DNA from: Verrucomicrobiota bacterium
GTDB lineage: Bacteria; Verrucomicrobiota; Verrucomicrobiia; Limisphaerales; AAA164-E04
NCBI GenBank assembly: GCA_047947115.1
Contig: CP170459.1
Location: 5,856,001 to 5,920,000 of the forward strand
Direction of reading: 5' to 3'
DNA length: 64,000 nt
Under the pieces are notes generated by a model, which was not told the origin of the DNA, did no database searches, and saw nothing but the letters and a program-made list of their open reading frames with translations. Shown in pieces: positions 37,700 through 47,655 of this stretch. The position numbers were made by a program, and so were the translations under genes. Position 1 is the stretch's first letter, and each line of letters begins with the position of its first letter.

Positions 37700-40423
37700 A
37701 TGCAGATTTCCGATTTACTGAAGGCATCCCTGTTGATCAACATGCTGACGGCGTCCATGAGCCTGGCTCAAACGCATTCCTCCGCTTCATTGGACGCTGC
37801 ATCGGATTACCTGGAACCTTCCTCCTTGTGGATGGGATCCACTGTCGATGCCCGATCCGTTCAGAAATTCGCCCTTTCAGACAACCTCGCCATTCGCGGC
37901 TTGGTCTTTCGGCTGGGACCGGGCGCCTACGGATGTTTCGATACGGACCTGCTGCGTTGGAGCATGGTTTGGCACGGAGATTTCCTAAGCTACCGCAGCA
38001 TGGCGACGCAGTCCTACTTCAAGATGGGACAAAAAAACGCCGGCGGCCAAACCGCTCTGTGCGCCCCGACCGGCATCCCGCTGACGTCAACTGGACTCTA
38101 CCCTGGAGCATCCGTTGGTGAAGCCGAATACCCATTGAAGGATCCACGGAACCCTGGGCCTGAGATCAGGGACCTTGGACGAGGCCCTCTGGATCTCGAG
38201 ATGGGGGAATGGATCGGCGTGCGTGATGACGGATCCGTCGCAACACTCTCATACAAAATCGGCGGTATCGACATAAAAGAACGCTCCATGATGCAAGTGG
38301 AAGGTGGCCAAGCAAGCTGGATGCGTTTTCTTGAAATCGGCCCACATGACAAGCCACTGCAAATGGTCCTGGGCAGCTTCCCGGATCATCGCATTCAACT
38401 GAAAAAATCAGATCAATCAGGATTAGCCATCCCGGAAGATTCAACCAGGGAAAGCGTCAGGTTCTGGGCACGTTCTGAAGGATCACAGGTTGGTTACGCA
38501 TCGATGGGACAAGACAACGTGGTGACCGTTTTCCTTTCACCAAGCCAACACACATCCCGGGCACGCATTTTCGTCGGACACTCCACCCCGCTCTCACACT
38601 CAGTCAAAGGGGCATGGAGTGATTATCCCCGAACATCATCAGGCACTCTGCGTTGGCCTGAAACAGTGGTCACGCAGTGGGAGGCGCATTCGGAACAAGG
38701 CTGCCTGATTCAAGAGAGGCTCGCCCTGCCGGAACCCAACACCTGGAATCGTCAAGTGCGCTCATCAGCCATGGTTTTCGATACCGACGGATCCATGCTG
38801 ATAACCACCTTTGACGGCGACATCTGGCAGGGACGCCCACTTGACGCATCCCAGCAATCCATCGAGTGGAAACGTGTGGCGGCCGGATTGCACGAACCGA
38901 TGAGCATTCAATTGCGCAACGGAGAACCCTACGTTTTCACGCGCAATGGAATCGTCCTGCTCAAAGATCGCGATGGAAACGGCGAATACGAAGAGCACAT
39001 CAACTTCTGCAACCGCTTCACTCAATCAGCCGAAACGCGCGAGTTCGCGATGGATATGATCCTTGCCAACGACGGAAGTTTCTACATCGCCAAAGGAGGG
39101 CAACAATTAGCCTACCAGGGAATCGACAACGGAAGTGTCCTGCGCATTTCGCCCGATGGCAAAAAAGTGGAGGCAGTAGCCCGCGGGCTCCGGCAACCCT
39201 TTCTTGGATACTCCAGCAAATGGGACATCATCACCGCCAGCGATCAACAGGGGCATTGGGTACCCAGCACACCTGTGCATTGGATTCGTGATGGGCGCCA
39301 CTACGGGTTTCGCCCCAGCAGCGAAGTAGTGCCACCTGATAGAGAAACCACTGAACCGCTGGCCTGGATCCCTCATCGGGTCGTACAAAGCGGCGCCGGT
39401 CAGATCTGGTTGGGAGACCAGGGCATGGGAGTCTTGAACAATACCATGGTTTACCTTGACCATTACCGCCCCAGGCTGGTGACGGTCTTCCCGGATCAAC
39501 TTCCCTCCCCCACACAGGCGGCCGTTGTCCCTCTGCCGGTAAAGTTTGACCTCCCCATGCTAAAGGCCGCCCAACACCCAAAGAACCACTGGCTGCATTT
39601 GGTCGGTTTCAAAATCTGGGGTTCGAATGCGTCTGAATGGGCCGGCATTGTTCGCTTGCGTCCATCAGGGCAGCCGGCCACCTATCCGGTGGAAGTCAAA
39701 GGATTCAAGGAAGGCGTGCTGCTGAAATTCGCCCAGCCACTTGATGCGGAATCCGCCGCCAATCCCGCTCACTATAGCCTGCAGCGATGGAACTACAAAC
39801 GCGCCTCGAGTTACGGGTCAGGTTACTACACCCGGGAAGGCGACACAGGAACCGAATGGGTGGGACTCTACGGGGCGTTTCTCAGCAACGACCGGCAAAG
39901 TGTCTTTCTCGCCACCGCCGATCCACAACCCATCATGCAGATGGAAGTGGTCTTCCGTATTCAAGCACAAGACCAGACCCCGATGGAAGGCTCCGCTTAT
40001 TTCACCTTTCATCAACTGCCGGAAACGGAATGGGACACGCTTGACATTCCACGTCCGACCCTGGATCTGGAGCGAGCGGTACTGACCGGACCACTGGATC
40101 AGGAAAACGACAATGAAGTATCCGCCCAACGTGGGCGCACGCTTTACGAAACCATGGGCTGTATGGCTTGTCACTCGACCGATGGTAGCACCGAAGGGAG
40201 AGTCGGCCCCAGTTTTGCCGGTTTGCTGGGCAAAACACGTTCGTTCGCCAAAGGTCGGGACTTGGTTGCGGACGAAGCCTATATCCGGGAATCGATACTG
40301 ACTCCCCCAAAGCGGGTCGTCAAAGAATACGCCGAATCCGATATAGGCATGCCCACTTATGAAGGCGTTTTGACAGAGGCACAAATCAATTCCCTGATCG
40401 AATTTATCAAGGCACTGGAATAA
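37700..40423 (+). CDS. Secreted beta-propeller dehydrogenase-like protein (DUF6797-like N-terminus) with C-terminal cytochrome c
   Basis: FDTDLLR, AAGLHEP, ARGLRQP, CMACHS heme motif and distal MP. Confidence 0.78.
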   Translation: MQISDLLKASLLINMLTASMSLAQTHSSASLDAASDYLEPSSLWMGSTVDARSVQKFALSDNLAIRGLVFRLGPGAYGCFDTDLLRWSMVWHGDFLSYRSMATQSYFKMGQKNAGGQTALCAPTGIPLTSTGLYPGASVGEAEYPLKDPRNPGPEIRDLGRGPLDLEMGEWIGVRDDGSVATLSYKIGGIDIKERSMMQVEGGQASWMRFLEIGPHDKPLQMVLGSFPDHRIQLKKSDQSGLAIPEDSTRESVRFWARSEGSQVGYASMGQDNVVTVFLSPSQHTSRARIFVGHSTPLSHSVKGAWSDYPRTSSGTLRWPETVVTQWEAHSEQGCLIQERLALPEPNTWNRQVRSSAMVFDTDGSMLITTFDGDIWQGRPLDASQQSIEWKRVAAGLHEPMSIQLRNGEPYVFTRNGIVLLKDRDGNGEYEEHINFCNRFTQSAETREFAMDMILANDGSFYIAKGGQQLAYQGIDNGSVLRISPDGKKVEAVARGLRQPFLGYSSKWDIITASDQQGHWVPSTPVHWIRDGRHYGFRPSSEVVPPDRETTEPLAWIPHRVVQSGAGQIWLGDQGMGVLNNTMVYLDHYRPRLVTVFPDQLPSPTQAAVVPLPVKFDLPMLKAAQHPKNHWLHLVGFKIWGSNASEWAGIVRLRPSGQPATYPVEVKGFKEGVLLKFAQPLDAESAANPAHYSLQRWNYKRASSYGSGYYTREGDTGTEWVGLYGAFLSNDRQSVFLATADPQPIMQMEVVFRIQAQDQTPMEGSAYFTFHQLPETEWDTLDIPRPTLDLERAVLTGPLDQENDNEVSAQRGRTLYETMGCMACHSTDGSTEGRVGPSFAGLLGKTRSFAKGRDLVADEAYIRESILTPPKRVVKEYAESDIGMPTYEGVLTEAQINSLIEFIKALE

Positions 40424-40475
40424 TTCGTTGAATTGCCGCGCAAATGCGATTTAATGTAGGCAACATAAAGCATAA

Positions 40476-40979
40476 ATGACACTGGACGACGCACAAAAAG
40501 AAACGGTGAGGCAATGGATTGGCGATGGCATGAAAGTCGCCGAAATTCAGGACAAATTGGCGGAAGATTTTGATATCAGGATGACCTACATGGAGGTTCG
40601 ATTCCTGGTGGATGATCTGGGTGTCATCCCCAAAGATCCTGAGCCGGAAGAAGGCCCTGAGGAGGAACCCGCCCCCGAGGATACCGTCTCAACTCATTCT
40701 CCTCAACATGACCAACAGCAGGACATGGGAGAATTGGTGGAGGATGGGGCCCCCGCTCCAGGAGGTAAGGTCAGCATCAGTATCGACCAGATCGCACGCC
40801 CGGGCATGCTTGTAAGTGGGAAAGTAACTTTCAGTGACAGCCAGTCTGCGTCATGGTACCTGGACCAGATGGGACAACTGGGACTGGCTCCCGAGGTCGA
40901 AGGATACAAGCCCTCGCAACAAGACCTCATGGAATTCCAAATGGCGCTTCAGTCCGAGCTCTCCCGCAAGGGATTCTAG
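40476..40979 (+). CDS. Conserved hypothetical acidic protein
   Basis: 167-aa ORF; MTYMEVRFLVDDL and WYLDQMG.LG blocks joined by an acidic linker. Confidence 0.72.
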   Translation: MTLDDAQKETVRQWIGDGMKVAEIQDKLAEDFDIRMTYMEVRFLVDDLGVIPKDPEPEEGPEEEPAPEDTVSTHSPQHDQQQDMGELVEDGAPAPGGKVSISIDQIARPGMLVSGKVTFSDSQSASWYLDQMGQLGLAPEVEGYKPSQQDLMEFQMALQSELSRKGF

Positions 40980-41124
40980 ACCAACCGACTCATTGAGTCA
41001 GAAATGATGCACCGCAACTTTTGCCCCCCCGAAGGGTTGAAAAGCGAAGAAACATGTGAAAAACATGGTCATGATCGATTGATCATTGAATTTGAAACCG
41101 TAATCACTCAAAGTTAACTCCGTT

Positions 41125-41517
41125 ATGCAATTGAAGAAATTTCGAAGCCGCGCGGCCTTTACCCTGGTCGAAATCATGATTGTGGTGGCCATCATTGGAC
41201 TGCTGGCCGCCATCGCCGTTCCCAACTTGCTTCGCGCCCGTGAAAAAACACAGCTAAGCTTGATTCAGAACAACTTGCGCCTCATAGACAACGCCAAGCA
41301 ATCCTGGGCCTTGGAGAACAACCAGCCCAGTTCAGCCTCACCGACCTCGGAACAATTGGCTCCCTATTTCAATAAGGGCAAATTTCCCGGAGGATCAGTA
41401 GGAGAAACCTACAACATCGGAAAAGTCAATGAATCCGCCACCGCCAGTTTGCCGGCAGGGGAAACTTTAACCGGCCTCACAGGCCCCTTCGACTCAGAGG
41501 GCGAAGTAGCTCCATAG
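41125..41517 (+). CDS. Type IV pilin-like protein (prepilin cleavage/methylation motif)
   Basis: A|FTLVEIMIVVAIIGLLAAIAVP. Confidence 0.9.
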   Translation: MQLKKFRSRAAFTLVEIMIVVAIIGLLAAIAVPNLLRAREKTQLSLIQNNLRLIDNAKQSWALENNQPSSASPTSEQLAPYFNKGKFPGGSVGETYNIGKVNESATASLPAGETLTGLTGPFDSEGEVAP

Positions 41518-41543
41518 CGAAGATAACCACAAATCTTTAAAAC

Positions 41544-41581
41544 AAAAAATCCCGCCCAGCGGATGCTGGGCGGGATTTTTT
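41544..41581. terminator. Bidirectional intrinsic terminator
   Basis: A6-TCCCGCCCAGC-ggat-GCTGGGCGGGA-T6. Confidence 0.9.
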
Positions 41582-41612
41582 GTTGTCGAAATTTCGGATA
41601 ACTCATCCTCCA

Positions 41613-41774
41613 GATAGAACGTGCCTGTCTGTCCCGCGACTGCGTGGATCCCTGGCGCCTGCCCTGTGGCTTCCAATTCCTTTATCACCTCACAAAGGGG
41701 AAGCCAACCGCATCCGAACACCCCACATCCGCATAGCTATCGCTAGCGGGTGGACCGGGACGGTCCGATCTACC
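41613..41774. repeat. REP doublet copy 4
   Basis: CCCTGTGGCTTCCA...CACCCCACATCCGCATAGCTATCGCTAGCGGGTGGACCGGGACGGTCCGATCTACC. Confidence 0.75.
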
Positions 41775-41791
41775 AGCCCCCATTCCCACTT

Positions 41792-42190
41792 TCAATTCAA
41801 CGGCACATAGCGCGTTTCATCGCCATCACGGATAATTGCCATCGGATACCCTTTCATGAGTTCTTCAAATTCGGAATCGGTGAGTCTGGGAATCTTGAAT
41901 TCGGATTCCTGCCGAGAGGATTGCATCGTAGTCTTGGCCACTGTTGTCGCACTAGATTGCGAATGCATCACAAGGTTCGTGTTTGACTGCTTCCCCATGC
42001 GTTCTCGCCCATGAAACATCAAAACTCCCAACACTAGAATCAAGGGAGCTCCGAAAGCAACCGCCTGCCGTCGAAGGCGACGTGATCGAGCAGCCTGCAT
42101 CGTCCGACGGAATGATTGTGACCGAAGCTCATTCAAGTCATCTTCCAACACGGGATCCTGAGAAAGTGGATGGTTCGGGTCAGTCTTCAT
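41792..42190 (-). CDS. Putative single-TM anti-sigma-like protein
   Basis: Overlaps the sigma stop; Arg-rich segment then TM helix. Confidence 0.6.
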   Translation of the reverse strand: MKTDPNHPLSQDPVLEDDLNELRSQSFRRTMQAARSRRLRRQAVAFGAPLILVLGVLMFHGRERMGKQSNTNLVMHSQSSATTVAKTTMQSSRQESEFKIPRLTDSEFEELMKGYPMAIIRDGDETRYVPLN

Positions 42191-42818
42191 GACGGTCTTT
42201 CAGTTGATTTAACAATTCCTTTTTGAAATTTTTCCTCAGTCTTGTCAATTTGGATTCAATCGCCTTGGGGCTTGTTTCCAAGCATGCGGCGATCTGCTTG
42301 ACCGATTGGTTTTCAAGATACTTTTGAGTCATCAAAAACCGGTCACCTTCAGGCAGGGATTCGATGCTCTTCTGCAGGACCGAATGATAGTCTTGATCCA
42401 GATCATTGAGATGTATTGAAACAGAAGCATCTTCCCCTTGAAACCCGAACCAGTCAGTCAACCGATCCAGCATACCTCGATACCGGTTCTGGCGGCGAGC
42501 CTGGTCGCGCAGCACATTGCGGGCGACCGTGGTCAACCATCTCCAGAAATCCTCCTCCGAATCCATGGGCCGCACCTTGCGCGCAACACGAATCATGGTT
42601 TCCTGCACGGCATCCTGCACCATCACTTCATTGCCATAAGCAGCCACCAGGAGATAACGATACAATCTCAGAAAATACACATCATACAAACGACGAAAAG
42701 CTTCCTCCTCACCACGTGCAAGAGCCCGTGTCCATCAAAGGATCGGCATTGGTTCCGACGGTTTCATCGACACGGGCGAAATGACTACAGTTTTAAATGG
42801 TTTGGAAACTACATCCAT
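42180..42818 (-). pseudogene. ECF sigma-70 factor with an in-frame TGA near the N-terminus
   Basis: MPIL*WTRALARGEEEAFRRLYDVY; DAVQETM, FWRWL, SVKQIAACL..KAIESKLTRLR. Confidence 0.7.
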
Positions 42819-42831
42819 TGAATCATCTGTC

Positions 42832-43743
42832 TCAATAAGTAGCCTTGACTCCTTCATCGCTACCGCCAAAGCCTCCAGTACGGGCTCCCCCCATCCCCAT
42901 ACCGCCTCCATAACCACCACCTGCTCCCCCCATCCCAGAAGCACCGCCCATGAACCCACCCCCGCTACCGAAGCCAAAATCACCACCATACGGTCCACCG
43001 GTATTCCCATTCATGGCCTGAACGATCTCTCCCACGACATTTACCGCATCTGGCTGACCGATCACAATCACCAATTTGGAAGACATGTGTGTTTGCAGTT
43101 TCGGCATTTCCATGAACTGCGAATCACCAAGAACAGCTTTGTAAGACTCCAATGCATTTATAATGGTCGTGTACAATTCTTCGTCCAATTCACGACTGGC
43201 ATTCCGCAACAATTCCTCTTGATATTTGCGCTGGATATCTGCGGCTGCACGTTTGTCTTCACCAGCAGATTTGATGGCTTCATCTATTTTCCATTTCTCC
43301 TGCTGAAACAGCTCACCTTGAATTCGGTGGAAATAAGGGCCGAACGAAAACGCTTTTAGGATCGGTTTCGATTCCCTGGGCATCCGAACCTGGATCGAAT
43401 ACATATCTCCCCCCTCATCCGTGATCTTCACCATTCCCTGCTGCTGAATCTCCACGGCTTTGAGAATATTTTTAAGCCCTACGGATCGAAGTTCCAAATC
43501 CACCAGCACCTTGTCCGCTGGCCCCGCAGTCACGAACTGCACTCCATGAAATTCACTCCGCAAAAAACTTACTACTTCCAACAAAGGAAGCCCCTCGAAT
43601 TGGCACTCAGGGATGACCAGGTTTTCCCAGGTTGACTGGGTAGACAAGGGTTTTAGGACAAACTCCTCTTGAGCCTGAGAAGAAACCAACACCATCAGTC
43701 CCACCCCGACGAATAAACGAGTTAACATATTTACCTTTTTCAT
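42832..43743 (-). CDS. Secreted hypothetical protein with secretin N-domain-like segments and Gly/Met-rich tail
   Basis: Signal peptide; FEGLPLLEVVSFL, KLVIVIGQPDAV; GGM repeats. Confidence 0.6.
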   Translation of the reverse strand: MKKVNMLTRLFVGVGLMVLVSSQAQEEFVLKPLSTQSTWENLVIPECQFEGLPLLEVVSFLRSEFHGVQFVTAGPADKVLVDLELRSVGLKNILKAVEIQQQGMVKITDEGGDMYSIQVRMPRESKPILKAFSFGPYFHRIQGELFQQEKWKIDEAIKSAGEDKRAAADIQRKYQEELLRNASRELDEELYTTIINALESYKAVLGDSQFMEMPKLQTHMSSKLVIVIGQPDAVNVVGEIVQAMNGNTGGPYGGDFGFGSGGGFMGGASGMGGAGGGYGGGMGMGGARTGGFGGSDEGVKATY

Positions 43744-43758
43744 AAGCATCACCCCCAT

Positions 43759-43785
43759 AACGCCACCCAAATGAAAATCCTTCAA
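43759..43785 (-). promoter_or_regulatory. Possible ECF-type promoter
   Basis: Minus strand T-tract then GAAGG-N16-CGTT ahead of the three-gene sigma operon. Confidence 0.35.
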
Positions 43786-43807
43786 AAAAAAATCAACTCA
43801 CATCAAA

Positions 43808-43873
43808 GTAGCCGCGTTTGCAAAAACGTGGCACCACACTCCCACTTCGTATCCGCATTTGCAAAAATGTGGC
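43808..43873 (+). repeat. Tandem pair of 25-bp REP-like palindromes
   Basis: GTAGCCGCGTTTGCAAAAACGTGGC and GTATCCGCATTTGCAAAAATGTGGC. Confidence 0.7.
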
Positions 43874-43990
43874 AATAGATCTCCCCGCGGGACCAAAGGC
43901 CACATCCCAGGATGAAACAATATGGAGTACATGGACTAAACACCTACAAAAAACACTTTCCCCAACAGCCAGTTATGGCAAATTGGTTCC

Positions 43991-44831
43991 ATGAATTCCT
44001 TCTGGAAGGACCTCCCGGCACTGCTACCTGAGTTTGGCATGCTCACAGTAGGGCTGACGTTCACCTTTTTGCTGATTGGGTGGGTCACGTCCATTTCTGT
44101 TTCGAAACAACATGGCTGGATTGCATTGCTGGCATTCATCCCCGTCACCAATCCGATTGCCATCCTTCTTCTCTTCACCAAAAGAAACACGAACACATTA
44201 CTCCCCGTCGTTTTTTATGGGCTTGCACTGGTCGTCTGGTTCAGCGGCAGCGGACTTTCAAAAAAAATCGAACAAGATCGACTCACCGCAATCAAAGAAC
44301 AACTCACAGCAAATGGCGAACCCATCACCGGACTGGCTTACAAGAAACCCATAGCCGATCCCGAACTCAACGTCTGGCATCACCCCTTCTTTTCCAACTT
44401 CATTGAAGCAGCTCACCAAACCATAGCTGAAGTAAGCACCAACAAAATAGCACTCCCCACACGAAAAATGTTCAAATTACCCAACAGGACGGGGCATGTT
44501 CAATATGTACGTCCGGACCAGGGGAAACATTCCTTTGCAAATCCATTCGAAAGATTAAACGAGCACGCGCAGGAAACCATCCTTCTCTCAAGTGAAGATA
44601 GTCCAGAGGCAAAAAACCTATACACGTTCACAGGGGCCACCTCCGGACGACATACTATGGGCCGTAGGCGAACAAACGAAGCAACTTCCCCCCGCAACCC
44701 TCCCACCCAAAACGGCTAACAATGCAAGAATGGATGCGGAGATGATGAAACGCTATGGCTTGATCCCTATCGAAAACAACAAAGAAACCTCCTCCTCCAA
44801 CGGAGAAGACAAAGAGGCAACCTCGCAATAA
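43991..44831 (+). pseudogene. Membrane-anchored hypothetical protein, probably frameshifted or internally deleted
   Basis: TM-rich N-terminal ORF 43991-44719 overlaps a protein-like C-terminal frame 44592-44831. Confidence 0.45.
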
Positions 44832-44877
44832 AAACGTTCCACCTTCACCAAGAACACCCAACAACCCAAGCGCCCTC

Positions 44878-45059
44878 TGGAGTGCTCCGAGTCATCGGAG
44901 CTTTGAATACGAACCGAACGCGTCAAGACTGCCCCAACACAAAAAATGCCACCCTACGACCGAATTCAAAACATCAGAAAAAAAGTTCATCTCTCGCAAC
45001 AAGAAAACCAAAACGCTTCCCTGACGTATCCAGAGCGGTGTCGTGACCACCGCAGTCCA
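44878..45059. repeat. Second REP-doublet family (TGGAG/CTGC-headed inverted palindromes)
   Basis: TGGAGTGCTCCGA-gtca-TCGGAGCTTTG and, inverted, TGGACTGCGGTG-gtcacga-CACCGCTCTGG. Confidence 0.65.
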
Positions 45060-45142
45060 GAGTAGCTCAACCAGTACCACACGCCATGGAACTGATGCAA
45101 CCAACCCTGATGACTCGCAGAAACACGCCGTCGTTCTCCAAA

Positions 45143-45196
45143 CTTCTTCGTGCCCTTCGTAACTTCGTGGTAAAAAAACACCGCGCCTCCGCGTGA
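45143..45196. repeat. 9-bp period CTTCGT repeat plus CCGCG repeat downstream of pheT
   Basis: cttcgtgcc-cttcgtaa-cttcgtggt; ccgcgcctccgcgtga. Confidence 0.5.
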
Positions 45197-45216
45197 GTAT
45201 CAAACCCAGCGCCCCC

Positions 45217-47637
45217 TCAACGCATTTCGGCACCCAGAGCTTTTTGCAGATGTTGCACCAGCTGATCGTGGGCCTTGTTGACCTGATTGTCGGTGAGGGT
45301 TGTTTCGGGGTCACGGTAGACGAAGGTGTAAGCGACACTCTTCTTTCCTTCGGGGACGTTCTTGCCCCGGAAGATGTCAAAGACTTCCACGGAATCCAAT
45401 TGATTGATCTTCGCTTTCTTCACCGCTTGGTTGACGTCGGCATGCGTGGTGGTTTCGTCGACCAACATCGCAATGTCGCGTCGAACGGATGGGTAAGCTG
45501 GCAATGCCTTGAAGGATCGACTGCTCACTCTCATAGCCACCAATCGTTCCAAATCCAGTTCGGCCATGAACACGGAGTCTTTGATGTCGTAGTCACGTGC
45601 AATCAAAGGCATGAGTTGTCCGATGGTTCCCAGCACGTTTTTGCCGAGACAGAGCGAGGCTTTCTCAACGAAAAACTCGTTTTGTTCGCAGGTCTCGGTG
45701 CGCCAGGAGAATCCTCGGATACCAAAGGTGTCCAGGAAGGTGTCCACCAATCCTTTCAGATCAAAGACGTCGACCTTTTCCGCTTTGGCTCCGCCTTTCC
45801 AAAAAACCAACTGACGCGATCCCGTCCAGGCAATGGCCACTCTGCGAGATTCCCGGGTTTGGTTTTCGTCAGGTAAAAAGACACGTCCAACTTCAAAAAC
45901 AGCCACGTCGGTGTTGCGATGATTGACGTTGTGGCGCAGCACGTCCAACAGTCCGGGCAGCAGGCTCGGACGCAGGACGTTCATATCGGAACTCAAAGGG
46001 TATTCGAGTGCGACGCAATCGTTTGCAACGCGTTTAGCGTCGCTTTCTGCAATCAAGGTCTGCCCTTGGGTTTCGAACAATCCCATTGAGGTCAGTAGCT
46101 GACGGGCTTCCATCAATTGATCATGCTCGCTGTCGAATTCATTCGATCCGTGCGCTCCGCGCGGCGGAGTGGATGGAATGCGATCCACCCCGTAAAGTCG
46201 GGTGACCTCTTCGATCAGATCAATCTCGCGTTTCAAATCAACCCGATAAGTTGGAATCTGCACCTTGCAGGAAGTCGCATCGCTCTCGACGCATTTCAGT
46301 TCAATGGATTCAAGGAGACGCTTCTGTTCTTCAGCGGGAATGGAAATTCCCAGCAACGCATCGGTCTTTGCGTAACGCAACGCCATGGTTTGAGGTTCCG
46401 TTTTGCCGGGGTAGACATCGACCACGCCCTGGCACAAGGTGCCGCCGGCGGTTGCCAAAATCAGTTGAGCCGCGCGTCGACTTGCCCAGTCACAAATCTC
46501 GACATCGGCCCCACGCTCAAAACGATACGATGCGTCGGTACGAAGTTCCAGCAGCTTGGATGTACGACGAATGTTTCCGGGATGGAAGCAAGCGCTCTCC
46601 AACAGCACGTCGGTGGTCTGATCATTGATCTCGGTATTCAGACCACCCATCACACCTGCCAGCGCAATACCCTGTGTTTCATCGGCGATGAGCAACATTT
46701 CCGAATCAAGTTCATGTGACTGATCATCCAGCGTGGTGAATGGTTCTTTATCGGAAGCGGTGCGCACGACAACGGTCGGCAGATTATTGCCGGACTTTTT
46801 CAGCAAGTTCAAATCGAAGGCGTGCAGCGGTTGACCGATTTCCAGCATCACGAAATTGGTCACGTCCACGACATTGCTGATGCTGCGCACACCAACTTTT
46901 TCCAATGCCTGCTTCAACCAGTTGGGACTGGGACCGATCTTGACGCCTTTGATGACGCGTGCCTGGTAGCGAGGACATTTCTCGGCGTCATCAATACGAA
47001 CGCTCACCAGACTTTCCACCGCTTCGCCCGTTTCGGCAGGAGCGACTTCGGGCCACTTGAGCGGGTTACCGGTCAGGGCCGCTATTTCACGCGCGATGCC
47101 GATGACACTGTTGTAGTCGGGACGGTTGGGTGTGACTTCCAGATCGAGCACCACGTCCTGTTCGGCGCAACCGAGGTATTCGGCAAAAGGTTGTCCCACC
47201 GTAGCGTTCGCATCGAGGATCATCAGGCCATCGGAATCTTCGGTGACGCCGAGTTCCGAACCTGAACACATCATGCCGCAGGATTCCACGCCACGCAGTT
47301 TCCCGACTTTGATGGTGAATGGTTTTTCGCCCGGTTTCGCGGGAAGAGAGCTGCCGGGCAGGATCATGGGCACCTTGTCTCCCACCTTGAAATTCTTCGC
47401 GCCGCAAACGATCTGTCGTGTCCCCTGCCCGTCCGCCACCTGGCAGACGGAGAGTTTGTCCGCATCGGGATGGGGTTTGGATTCGAGCACTTCGGCGACA
47501 ACGATGCCATCGTAACCACCGCCGACGGTTTCCACACCCTCTACTTCCAGCCCGAGCATGGTCAATCGCTCGGTCAGCTCTTCGACCGTCCAGTCGAAAT
47601 CCACGTATTGTTTTAATCCGTTAACCGTGACTTTCAT
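45217..47637 (-). CDS. pheT: Phenylalanine--tRNA ligase beta subunit
   Basis: HPDADKL, IVCGA, TPNRPD, RFERG, REIDLIEE, FDX-ACB C-terminus. Confidence 0.98.
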   Translation of the reverse strand: MKVTVNGLKQYVDFDWTVEELTERLTMLGLEVEGVETVGGGYDGIVVAEVLESKPHPDADKLSVCQVADGQGTRQIVCGAKNFKVGDKVPMILPGSSLPAKPGEKPFTIKVGKLRGVESCGMMCSGSELGVTEDSDGLMILDANATVGQPFAEYLGCAEQDVVLDLEVTPNRPDYNSVIGIAREIAALTGNPLKWPEVAPAETGEAVESLVSVRIDDAEKCPRYQARVIKGVKIGPSPNWLKQALEKVGVRSISNVVDVTNFVMLEIGQPLHAFDLNLLKKSGNNLPTVVVRTASDKEPFTTLDDQSHELDSEMLLIADETQGIALAGVMGGLNTEINDQTTDVLLESACFHPGNIRRTSKLLELRTDASYRFERGADVEICDWASRRAAQLILATAGGTLCQGVVDVYPGKTEPQTMALRYAKTDALLGISIPAEEQKRLLESIELKCVESDATSCKVQIPTYRVDLKREIDLIEEVTRLYGVDRIPSTPPRGAHGSNEFDSEHDQLMEARQLLTSMGLFETQGQTLIAESDAKRVANDCVALEYPLSSDMNVLRPSLLPGLLDVLRHNVNHRNTDVAVFEVGRVFLPDENQTRESRRVAIAWTGSRQLVFWKGGAKAEKVDVFDLKGLVDTFLDTFGIRGFSWRTETCEQNEFFVEKASLCLGKNVLGTIGQLMPLIARDYDIKDSVFMAELDLERLVAMRVSSRSFKALPAYPSVRRDIAMLVDETTTHADVNQAVKKAKINQLDSVEVFDIFRGKNVPEGKKSVAYTFVYRDPETTLTDNQVNKAHDQLVQHLQKALGAEMR

Positions 47638-47655
47638 CAGAAATCTTTCCCTAAA

